This document shows, in pieces, positions 1 to 11,400 of a stretch of DNA of 64,000 nt. Position 1 is the first letter of the stretch. The number at the start of each line of letters is the position of its first letter. The stretch lies in the NCBI GenBank assembly GCA_964057225.1, contig OZ059896.1, positions 17,050,001-17,114,000 of the forward strand, read 5' to 3'. Under the pieces are notes generated by a model, which saw only the letters and a list, made by a program, of their open reading frames with translations, was not told the DNA's origin and did no database searches. The DNA is from Auanema rhodensis. Its lineage: Eukaryota; Animalia; Nematoda. The translations under genes were made by a program, and so were the position numbers.

Positions 1-2164
1 TGTCTTGCTAGAGATCGGGGGCAAATTTATGATGCCTCTGTTCAATTCAAGGAAGCAATGTCAATAAACCCCGGTCATGCTGACGCCTGGACTTTAATAG
101 GTAATTTGCATATGGCAAAACATGAGTAAGTTGATTTATAATTCAACATGTTTTGAACAATTTTTTATAGATGGGGACCAGCCCAAAAGAAGTTTGAGCA
201 CATTCTCAAACTTGGCGATCTCAAGCACGATGCCTACTCACATATAGCCTTAGGAAATATCTGGTTGGAATCTTTATTCAGTCCAACAAGAGATCGTCGT
301 AACGTATCATTTTTATATTCCTGTTTGCTTTGTTAATTTTCTGTATTTAGGATGAAAAATACATGGATCGTGCTATCAGCATGTTCGCTAAAGCTATCAA
401 AATTCAACCAAGAAATATGTGGGGAGCAAATGGTTTAGGTTGTGTATTAGCTTTGAAGAAACAATGGTTAGAAGCTAGAGATATCTTTACTCAGGTATTT
501 TTTCATTAATTGTTTAACTTATCGTTATTTATGTTAGGTTCGTGAAGCAACAGCTGAATTTTTTGATGTTTGGATCAACATTGCTCATGTATATATGGAA
601 ACTAGACAATACGTTCCAGCTATCCAAATGTAAAGTTCTCTCTTCGAAATTTAGGCAAGGTTTTTCTTATAGGTATGTCAATGCTATGAAGAAATTCGGC
701 CGAGAAAGTGATTCTCTTATGCTTATGTATTTAGCTAGAGCCTACTTCCGAGCTAGCAAGCTTCAGGAAAGTAGAGAAACTCTAGAGAAAGCTATCTTTG
801 AAGCTCCAGATAACGTGCAAATCAAGTTTAACCATTCTTTCATTCTAAAAAAAATGGCTAAAGAAACGTTGGAAGACGTAAAATCCACAACTAATATGGT
901 CAATGGAGCTATCGAGGATTTACGCACCGCTGAACGGTTTAGCTATCTGTCCATCCCTTGGTTTATTTCTTTATTTCAGTGTTTTAACTTACATTAGCAA
1001 TAACAAAGATGATAGCTTAAGCGGTGCTAGATATATATCACGTACATCAGCTGGAGAAGAAGCTCGTGAATGTAGGGATTTGTTGAAACAAGCTCAAACA
1101 TATCTTGCTCGCGCCCAGCAGCAAGACGAAGAGGAAAGTCGACTCAGAGCAAAACAAGAAGAAGTCTGTGATTTTATATTTTTCTTTCATTGTTTCTTAA
1201 TTGCAGGAGCGCTTATCGTTAATGCGCAAGATGCAAGAGGAACAACAAGAAAAAGAGGCCGAGCGATTACGAAAGGAAGATGAATTACGGTCTCTACGTC
1301 ATACTTATGTCAGTATGACAAAGGATATCTTGAAAATGCCAGAGGTGAGATATCATCCAACTATTCAACTCATATATGGTTGTAATTTTTTTCAGATTGT
1401 TGAAGAAAAGAAATCCAGAGGATATGGAAAGAAAAGGAAAGGAGGCGCCGATGAGGGCGAATTTGTTAACGACAGCTCTGATATGGGAGATTGGCAGGGT
1501 GAAGAAGGAGGAGAGCGAAAGGAAAGGAAGAAGAAAGACGTACTATATATATCTTATTTTCGTGGTGGTATAAATTCCTACTTTTCAGAAAGAATCCAAG
1601 AAAGCTTCTCGTAAACGTAGAGAAAAAAGAGAAAGAGGTGGAGGTAGTGGATCAGATCAAGATGATCGTAAAGCTGATAGACGAAAAAAGAAGGAGGAAG
1701 CTGCTGCTCGAAAAGCTGAATCTAAAATGTCAAAACAAAGTGCCAAATGTATGCATAAATTTGGATATTATCAAGCATACAAATTCATTTTGCAGTTAAA
1801 AGTCGTGCTTTCCTTCCATCAGACGAAGATTCTTCGGATGACAATGCTCCAGGACCTTCAGAACCAAAAGATGACTCAGCTGCAGCTGAATTTGAAGATA
1901 GTCCACCTCGGGCTCCAATCAGTAGCAGTGATAGTGACGATAGTGTACCAAAACCACGAAAGAAGAAGGTATTAGTAATGAAAAGTATATCCAAGTATTC
2001 TATGTTAATTTTAGGCTGCTGTGGATTCTGATGAGGAGTCTGATATGAATTCTGACGCGTCTTCCCCTGCCGTTAGGCCCTCCAGAAGAAGCGAAGATGA
2101 CAGTGAAGAAGAAGGTCCCAACTTAAAAAAGATTATCGCTAGTGATGATAGTGACTCCGACTAG
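1..2164 (+). CDS. ctr-9: CTR9 (Paf1 complex TPR subunit), 5'-truncated, multi-exon
   Basis: Spliced translation gives TPR-type segments: [88 protein letters not shown]. These are followed by a K/E/D/S-rich C-terminal tail. About 10 GT-AG introns of roughly 45 nt; stop TAG at 2162-2164. Confidence 0.93.
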
Positions 2165-2451
2165 ACTTTCTTAGATCATTTTTTCCGGTTTCTTTGCTTT
2201 CTAACCCGTGAAAATTATTTGTATGTCTTAGAAGGGTCTTATCTTTGAAGTACTAATAGTAAAACGTCCGTTCCCCATTCAAATGCATACTGTTGTACAA
2301 ATTATTTATTTCTACCAAGTTGTTGTTCACGTTTGTTAACATGCTGAAAAAAAAATTAAAAGTCTTCATGGTTTTGTTTTAGTTTCAAGCGATATCGCCA
2401 AGTTGTTTTCTCGGGAATCTAAATATGACAACTATTTCCTAACAAATTCAG

Positions 2452-5400
2452 ATGTCGGATGATGAAGAACAGACTTTCTCTCAACTTCAAGCTGAGCAAA
2501 ATAGAAAGCATAAAAAAGCAGGAGGATGGCAAGTTTTAGGTTTGTATGCTACCTTGTTTTTGATACAGTTGTTTCTCAAGGTCTCGATCATACTGTTTTC
2601 AAAGGAATTGAAAAGAAGGGTTTCAAACAGCCTACTCCTATTCAGGTTTTTATTAGGATTAACTAGCTTTCTTCATTTTTTTTTTCAGAGAAAAACTATT
2701 CCATGTATTCTTGATGGTAAAGATGTAGTCGCTATGTCTAGAACTGGAAGTGGTAAAACCGCTGCATTTGTTATTCCTATGTTACAAAAGTTAAAAAGAA
2801 GAGACACTAAAGGAATTCGTGGTTTATTAATATCTCCAACAAGAGAATTAGCTTTGCAAACTTTTAAAGTTGTGAAAGAGGTTTTATATATAATTTTCCT
2901 GTTCTAATGTAACAATTCAGTTTGGAAAATACACTGGCTTACGATGCGCTATTATGGTAGGAGGAGATGCTATTGAAGATCAGTTCTCCACAATTCATGA
3001 TAATCCAGATATGTGAGTTCAATTTTTATCTAATTGAATCATATATTATTTACATTCAGCTTAATTGCAACCCCTGGACGTTTACTTCACGTCGTAGTTG
3101 AAATGGACCTTAGATTATCTCAGGTTCAATATGTGGTATTTGACGAAGCTGATAGATTATTCGAAATGGGCTTTCAAGATCAATTAACAGTATGTGAAAC
3201 ATGCCTTCACTTGAGATGGTTTTGTATTATAGGAAACGCTGAAAAGAATTCCTGAAAATCGTCAAACACTTTTGTTCTCCGCTACTTTACCAAAAATGCT
3301 CGTAGACTTCGCTAAAGCTGGTCTTACAGACCCTATGCTTAGTAATTTTATAACGTATTAATTTCTCAAAAAATTTATATTCTTCAGTTCGCTTGGATGT
3401 TGACGAGAAAATTAGTGATAAACTTTCTATGGTTTTTGGTTTATCCCGAGTTGATGATAAGCTAGCTACTCTTGTTCATTTATGTCGTAAAATGGAGGAA
3501 GAGAAGAAACAAACTGTAGTATTCTGCGCAACTATGAAGCATGTAGAGTAAGTTTTTTGTTTTCTTGAAACTTCTTTATGGTTTTCTATTCAAGATATAT
3601 CGTTGGTGTTCTTCAACGTGCTGGTATTGAATCATCTTTCATCTACAGTCAGCTTGATGCTACCGCTAGAAAGATGAATATTGCTAGGTGATTCAAACGT
3701 TTGTTTCAATAACTAGATTTTTTTCAGATTTCACGACAAAGAAAATTATATTCTCGTTGTAACTGATGTTGCAGCTAGAGGTGTTGATATCCCATTCTTA
3801 GATACTGTACTGCTTGCTCTGTTTTGTGTTCCTATTATTTGCATTACAGGTTATAAATCTTCATTTCCCCCCCAAGGCTAAATTGTTTGTTCATCGAGTT
3901 GGTCGTGTTGCTAGAGCTGGAAGATCTGGAACTGCCATATCTCTAGTAGCCCCTGATGAGCTTCCATATGTGGCAGATTTATTCTTATTCTTCGGAAAGC
4001 CTATGCATTTTGCTAGAGATGAAGATAAATATAATGGTAAACCTTATAACAGTTGTGCAAAATTATATTTATTAATTGCAGAGAATTTAACTCTCATTGG
4101 ACGTGTTCCTGATGAAGTTGTATCTTTAGAAATCGAATTTTTGAATTCTATTCATGATAACAATGAGGATCTGGTAAGTTAAATTATAATTGATTATCTT
4201 ATCATTCTTACTTTTTTAAGTTGGATCTACGACAAAAGTCTAGAAATGCTATGATGAAGTATATGCGAACAAGACCACCACCATCTGCTGAATCAGCACG
4301 ACGTGTTAAGGAAGAACTGAGATTGAAAGCTCTTGAATGCTCAACTCATCCATTCATTCGTCTGGAAGGTGATCAACAACGATATGATATTCTTAACCAA
4401 TTAGCGAAATACAAATCTCATGCAGTAAGATTACAGTTTGTAACAAATAGTTTGTTATTTTTTTGTAGACCATATTCGAACTGAACATAGGAAGTAAAAC
4501 TCAAAGTGCACAAGTGATGAAGGAAAAACGACGTCATCATCAATTGTTCATAGAAGAAGCCACAGAAAAGAAGGTACTGTTACTAAATTTACAGCGGGAA
4601 AAAGATGTATTTAGGAAAGAGATAGGGCTGCCTTACAGGATAGAGCAATTGAAGAAGAAAAAGAACGAAATACTACAGTCGTAGAAGTTGGAGATGATGA
4701 ATTAGTGAGTTGAAACCTCTATAAATAAAGTTAATTGTTGCCTCCTAGGCTGATGTTTTTACAGCGGTTGTAAAAACAGCAAAATCCAATAACAGAATAG
4801 ATAGAGCTGAACAAAGACGAAAAGAAAAGGTACAACTCATTTTGTCTTAATAACTTGAAGTTTCATATTTCAGGAGCATCATTACTTATCTTATACTGCA
4901 GCTGATCATGCTTCTGAGAGTCAGTTAGCTCTTCAAAAGATTGATTTTGCTAAGCAAGCTGAAAACGCTGCTGTTGAAATTATTGGAGACGATGATAAAG
5001 GGATGTATAAACATCAGAATGCTAAAAAATGGTATATAAGCTATTCTCATTGGATAATTCACCCTATATATCTAGGGATCGTAAGAAGAAGAGATACGTT
5101 GGTGTTTCCGGCGATGATCCAGCTCAGAAGAAGATTAGAACTGAAGATGGAACATGGTTACCAGCTTCATACAAAACAGGAAGATATGAAGAATGGAAAA
5201 AGCAGCAGCGTATTGGTTTCAAAAAGGTATTTGTACCCAAAATGATACATATATCATTTTCTTATTAGAATGAAGACGGAGACGGAGAAGGCGATGAAGA
5301 AAGTTCAGCCCATCAAGGAGGACCCCGTCGTAATAAATGGGGCAAACAGAGAGGAAAGCAAACTGTAAGCCTCTAATTTTAATTACTTAAGCATTTATTT

Positions 5401-5575
5401 TATCTGTTTTCAGAACGTTAAATCTGAACTTAAAAACTTCGACCAAATTTCTAAAGAGCGAAGAAAGCAAGGCAAACTTCAAGCATATATGGAACACAGA
5501 AAAACAGAAAACATTAAACGAAAATCTTCCGGTTTCAAAGGAGGCAAAAAAAGTGGTAGAGGAAGAAGAAAATAA
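2452..5575 (+). CDS. ddx-54: DEAD-box RNA helicase DDX54/DBP10, about 18 short introns
   Basis: ATG at 2452 directly follows a TTCAG acceptor. Motifs: Q ([14 protein letters not shown]), I (SRTGSGKT), Ia (SPTRELA), TPGRL, DEAD ([13 protein letters not shown]), [14 protein letters not shown] and [13 protein letters not shown]10-type C-terminal segment [11 protein letters not shown]...[22 protein letters not shown]. Stop TAA at 5573-5575. Confidence 0.95.
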
Positions 5576-5848
5576 TTTTAGTTGTTGGACAATCATTTAT
5601 TGTTGTTTTGTTTTTGTTATTGTTGAACCTGTTAAGATTTATTTACAAATTAAACTTTTACTATTAAATTTTTAACTTCTGTATAACAATCGAAACAACA
5701 AAGACACCTGATTTCCTTGAGGGAAAAAGAAATTGATATAATATATAAATTACTCTTCACACCTATACATGCATTACCACATGAACTAAAATAAAAAGAA
5801 CAGTGATATGGTACTTCGGGGTACGTGTCATTACGTTCGGGAAAATGT

Positions 5849-5881
5849 GGCGCGAATTATAATTCTTTTTTTGGCGCGAAA
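5849..5881. promoter_or_regulatory. Tandem E2F/DP sites (TTCGCGCC on minus strand) in PCNA promoter
   Basis: GGCGCGAA at 5849-5856 and GGCGCGAAA at 5873-5881 sit in AT-rich DNA about 150 nt upstream of the PCNA ATG. They match the E2F consensus TTTSSCGC / EFL-1 TTCGCGCC, and PCNA is a classic E2F target. Confidence 0.8.
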
Positions 5882-6026
5882 TTCTTGCTGAAAAGGATTC
5901 ATTCTTGTCATTACACGTCGTGGTGTTTCATTTTGAATTGTTCTGTTGCTTGCCTCTGTCTTCATTTGCTATCTGTTATATTGTCAGTGATTTAAAATAT
6001 TTTTTTAAGACTAACTTCCCCTAATC

Positions 6027-7087
6027 ATGTTTGAGGCTAAACTCGCTAACGCTTCTCTCCTTAAGAGAATTGTTGAGTCAATCAGGGTTTGTTTAGTACA
6101 GTCATGCTTCTTATTATTAGAATTATATAGGATCTTGTCAATGACGCTCCCTTCGATTGCTCCGAGTCCGCTATGTGCCTGCAAGCTATGGACTCTTCTC
6201 ACGTAGCTCTTGTATCCCTCAAGCTCGAGGTAATTCATTTTTTTCATTTCTAAAAGTACTAATGTATTTTAGGTTGGACTTTTCGAAACTTACAGATGCG
6301 ACCGTACTATCAACCTTGGAATTTCTTTGGGCAACTTGCTCAAAGCTTTAAAATGTGCTAACAATGATGATACTTGCATGATTAAGTATGAAGAAACTGA
6401 CGGAGATAGCATCAACTTGTGTTTCACCGACCCAAAGAGAGATAAGACCCAGGTTCGTTCTTTCGTTCAATTGCAGCTTATCTTTGTCGTTTAAGGAGGT
6501 CACTATTAAAATGATGGATATTGATAGCGAACATCTTGGTATTCCCGAGCAAGATTACTCGGTTGTTTGTGAGATGCCTTCTGCTGAGTTCCAGAAGACA
6601 TGCAAAGATCTTGCTATGTTCTCTGATTCCATGAACATCACCGCCACTAAGGTTTCAGCTTGAGTGAGCTGACGATTGTTAATGTCTTTGTTTCAGGCCG
6701 GAGTTACCTTTACCGGAAAGGGAGATTCAGGACAAAATGTCGTCACTTTCGCTCCATCAGGTGATGCTGATAGCGAGAAAGATGTAAAAATAAAAAGTAT
6801 TCGAAAAATTAAAATATACTCTGGATTTTAGGCTGTAACTGTTGATGTTAAGGAGCCAGTTAATGTTAATTTCTCCATTAAGTATATGAGTCAATTTACT
6901 AAGGCTACTCCTCTTTCTGATAGAGTTCGCATTTCATTGTGCAACGAAGTTCCAGTCGTTATTGAGTAAGTCAACTGCTTTAAATGCAATATATACTTGC
7001 CCTAGGTACCCAATTGAGGACAACGGATACTTACGTTTCTACTTGGCTCCCAAGATTGATGATGATGATGATGCTAACATGGAATAA
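6027..7087 (+). CDS. pcn-1: Proliferating cell nuclear antigen (7 exons)
   Basis: [53 protein letters not shown]...[11 protein letters not shown]...[15 protein letters not shown]...KATPLSDRV...[20 protein letters not shown]. Six introns of 40-48 nt; stop at 7085-7087. Confidence 0.98.
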
Positions 7088-8474
7088 CTTATTACTCTAA
7101 CTCCTTGCCTTGTTTTTATGCACCATTTTTGTAAAATTGTTAATTTTTCCCTGTAATGAATGAAGTTTGATCTCAATCCCTGACTCGCTTAAGCTGAAAG
7201 AAATCTTGTTGAGAAAATTCATGTGAAGATCTTCTGTTATGCATGGCATGTTTTCTGCCAGTCAGCCGGACACCTTTAAACTTGAATGGATGAGTGAGTT
7301 GTGAAGGTTTAACTGATTTTGTAAGGTTTTATTCAGGCGATTGCAACATGTTGTAAGTAAGTTCGGCTGTCAAATCTGTTGAGAGATAACTATGCGATAG
7401 GCAGAATAACGAAGAGAAACTTGGAGTTCTAAGATGAGAGAGAATTAGAACGATGAGAGGAGTCATGACTGATATTTATTACAACAGAACACGGCGAGAA
7501 AACTTTGGACACAGACTGGACTCTCTCTGTTTCCTCTTTATCTTCATCAGCTTCTCAGCAACTTTATTGCCAATAGTCATATGGATTTGAATGTTGATTT
7601 CATTTTATAGTGATTCGTCTTCTGAACCTTTTCGCATCTAAATAATTTTTTTAACGCAGGTGGTCTTCGCCTGAGAGCTTTTAGGAATATTTAATATTTT
7701 GACCAATCGTTAAGTACTTCTCCGGGTGAATGTTTATAAACTCATTGAACCATTTTACTCGTCATTAAGCCTGCTTCACATACTTTTGATATCAGAAAGC
7801 GCACAATTTTATGTTTTTACGTCTTTTTCTAACTTTTGAGTGTTTTTGCCTATGTCATTTTGGCTATTTTGAGCCATTTACAATTGATTTAAGGTATGTC
7901 AAAGAGTTTATAATCAGATCCAGATGCATATGAGACGAATTCGTTTTATCTTAGTTATTCAAAACATTTGCAACTTGGGTTGTATGTAGAAATTATTTCA
8001 CGATGTTGAAACGAGAACCATCTTGTTTATGACTTTTATAACTTATTCTCACATTATCATTCATTTCAGTTTGTTCTAGCTTAGGGCCAACTTAGCTAAC
8101 CATTATTTTATAGTATTTTTTCATTTCTTTATATTCTTATAGTTCATATCATTTGTTGAAATTATTTTGGAAACTTAAAATTTAAAAAATATTCAGGCAG
8201 AACAGTTGATCTTTAATAAAGATTATCATCCCTCTCTAACTAAGTTGAGAATTTCTCTCTCTATAAAAGGAGAATGTGCTACATTCACTTGTGTCATCGT
8301 CATAATTAAGAAGCATATTGTTTGAAGATATAAGGAAGATTTTCTAACCTTCCTCATTGTCTACACTTAGCCTATCATCGATTTGCTCGTTTTTGAGCCT
8401 GTTGTGTGTGAGTAGACGATTGAGCGAACAACTGTTGATCTCAATCAGCTTTCAGCACTAGTAGTCAAAACTAC

Positions 8475-11400
8475 ATGAATACACCATTTACGGGAATAAT
8501 GCTTTCTATTTTTGGTAATTCTGTTGAATATTGCTTAAGCTTTGAAAAGTTTACATCGATCGTTGCAGTTTTCTCATTTTTAATACAATTGTCTGAATCG
8601 AATACATGGAATGTGATAAGTCAAGATAATTGCCTGGAACATCGTTCCATATGCCTGAGAGATGAACGTTGTAGCTTTCATTTTGAGACATTTGAACGAA
8701 CTTGTGGATATTCGTTAAGTAGTAAGTATTGAGAATAAATTTTTCCTTTTCTCATGTTTTTTCCGGATAATATGATTGATAGAAACAACTTTTCTTTTTT
8801 AGGTTGTTCAGTACCATCTCCTTCAGATTGTGTAGTAGTAATACGAAAGATTAGAGATTTTTTTCCATATCAGAAGTGTGTATGTTATGAAGCTTTAGGT
8901 AAATTTTCGTTTATATTCATACGAATGATTTTTTCTTTCAAAGGTCTAACAGAAGACTGTGATTTTTTCCGTGAATTAATCTGGAATCATCCATGTGAAC
9001 GACGACTTAAAGATGCTGGGCGAAAGCATCTTCGTTTAGAACGGTAATACATTACAAGTTATATTATACAATTAAAACTATTTTATAGAATAAACAATCG
9101 TCCTGGTCAGACAATCAGCTTATTTACACCTGAGCCACATCGTCGTCGAACCACTCGTGTTCCTTTATCTGACCAAGTGCAACAATGGAAATCCCAACTT
9201 AGTGGAGGTTTGTATAGATTTCATCGTCCTAGCTATTTTTCCGCTAAAAAAACTTTTATGGAGAAGAAAACATTTTGGTGAAAAGTTTTTTGAAGATAAT
9301 TAGCTGAGCAAAAACGATCACTTCATAGCTCCTTGAAGAAAAATTAAATTTTCATTGATTGAAGTTTTTTCGTTTTTTGAAAAGTTAGATATTTAAGAAG
9401 AGTTATTACATGAAAAACTGGAGATAATTTTGAATTTGAACCAAAAACTTTCAGATTTGGAAACACGTGAAATGATAAGTCAAGGTACATGCAATGAAGC
9501 ATTGAATGATGTTTGTCTTACCCATGTCAGTTGTCGACAACTTTGGCGTCTTTTCCGAAGTAGTTGTGGAGTAGACGAAGAAAATAAGTGCACAATGGCA
9601 GATAGGTAATTTAGTTATATGATATAGTTAACAACATATTATATTATTCTAGAGAAATATGTTGGCAATCATTTGAAGGATTAACTTGGACAGGATTGGG
9701 TAACTGTCGGTGTGATTCCAATAACTCTGATTGTCATTGGATTCGTTTACATACTAATTATAATAAGTGTATATGTAAGTATATTATGTAGTTAATGTTC
9801 TCTATTTTCACAATATCATGTATTTTTTTCTATTTGGATAATAATTTCAGATGAAATTTCTAAAAGTGGTCAACAATCTGGTAAATCATCTTATAAAACA
9901 GCTCAGCAGTACCAGCAACGATATGAAACACGCATAGCTGAAGATAATCGAAAGCAGGAACAACATAATGTGCCGTACTATTATCAGGCAAAGCCTACAA
10001 CATCTAGTCAAGCATCTAACAGCCGTACTCCACCATCTTCATGGGTTCCAAATAAATATTCAACTTCTGATACCCGGTATCTTTCCTTTTTTTTGTTATG
10101 TTAAATGTTTTCCCATTAAGAACATTGACAACATCGTCTTCATACAAGGAGGAAAGCTCTGTTCGTACAACGATTCCTCCTTGGTTTACCGGCCTGGAAG
10201 CATCACAATCAGTTCCAAGTTCTTCAAGATATCAGCAGACATTGCATTCATCGTCGGCATCATCTCAATCATCAACATCAGCAAAAAATTCTTCAAGGCA
10301 ATCTGCTGGATATCATCAAACTACGTCATCTCCTCCTTCATCATCATCCCTACCTTCATTGTCCTCGTCATCGTCATCATCTACATCTTCATCAATCAGC
10401 GACCAACATAAGGCAGCTTCTACTTATTTTTTACTTTTGTTTGTATTTTATCTAATAGATTGAAATATGTATATGTATAAATATATAAATATATATATAC
10501 ATATAATAGTATATGAATGTCCTCGTTCTTCATACAAAAAATTTCTTAAAAATTATTTTTTGTTTGTCAATTGTCCAATTTAATAAAGTGTCGTTAATTC
10601 TCACATGTTAACTAGTCACTCTAAAACATAAATTTCCCCTTTTCACCATTTGTGTGTTTGTTTGCTTTGCTTTTTCTCATCTGGTCTCAACTTTTTTTCA
10701 TTTTCTCCAGGTTTTCTATCGACCTCTTTTCAATCAAACTATGGAAAACAACCAAAGATCTACCAGTAGTACAGGTGCTATTTCAAATAATTATGAATCA
10801 ACACCATATCAACGAATTCCTCCGAATTATCCAGATCGGAACAGAGTAAGTTTGTATCTCATTCCCTTCTAGTTGTACTCGAGTTTAGAGATGATCCCTT
10901 TCAAAGATAATTCATTCGCTGTCCTCTTTCTTAACCCTTACAAACTTCATTTCCTTAAAATTTTCGAAACTTTTCCATCTTTAGGAGTCAAATTGGCAAC
11001 ATCCGTTAATGAGTCAGATGACAACCCCAAAGACATTTCTAATTGGCAGTAACAACAACCAAACAAGGTAAAAAGTCGAAAGCCTTCTGTCTCGAGGGTA
11101 ATAAGCTAACAATGAAGCCAATTATGTTCTTCCTTGTTGTATTTTCGTCCTTATTTTCATTTTAACTTCCCTTCTTCAGATTTCCAACATACACGCCTCC
11201 TGTTCAATCGTCATCATCAGACATAACATCTTATAATATGTATCCGATTAAACAGACAAGGAAGATGAACAATTCTGAGAGTAAGAATGTTCCAGAGCAT
11301 AGTTCAAACTCTAGATCTGATGTACGTTTGGGATAATTTGCAAGTAATCTTGTTTTCTTTCTTCTATCTGCAGGCCATACACGGTGGATTCGTTGTGAAA

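Noticed and set aside
1785-6351. Antisense or off-frame ORFs over ctr-9, ddx-54 and pcn-1 (e.g. 1785-1994, 5387-5596, 6011-6247)
   Set aside because: They are shadows of real exons on the other strand or in another frame.
7190-8400. Moderately GC-richer gap after pcn-1; considered a C/D snoRNA (GTGAAGA...CTGA at about 7223-7317) or a small minus-strand gene
   Set aside because: The box C is imperfect, there is no convincing terminal stem or recognisable guide, and the short frames do not chain by splice phase.
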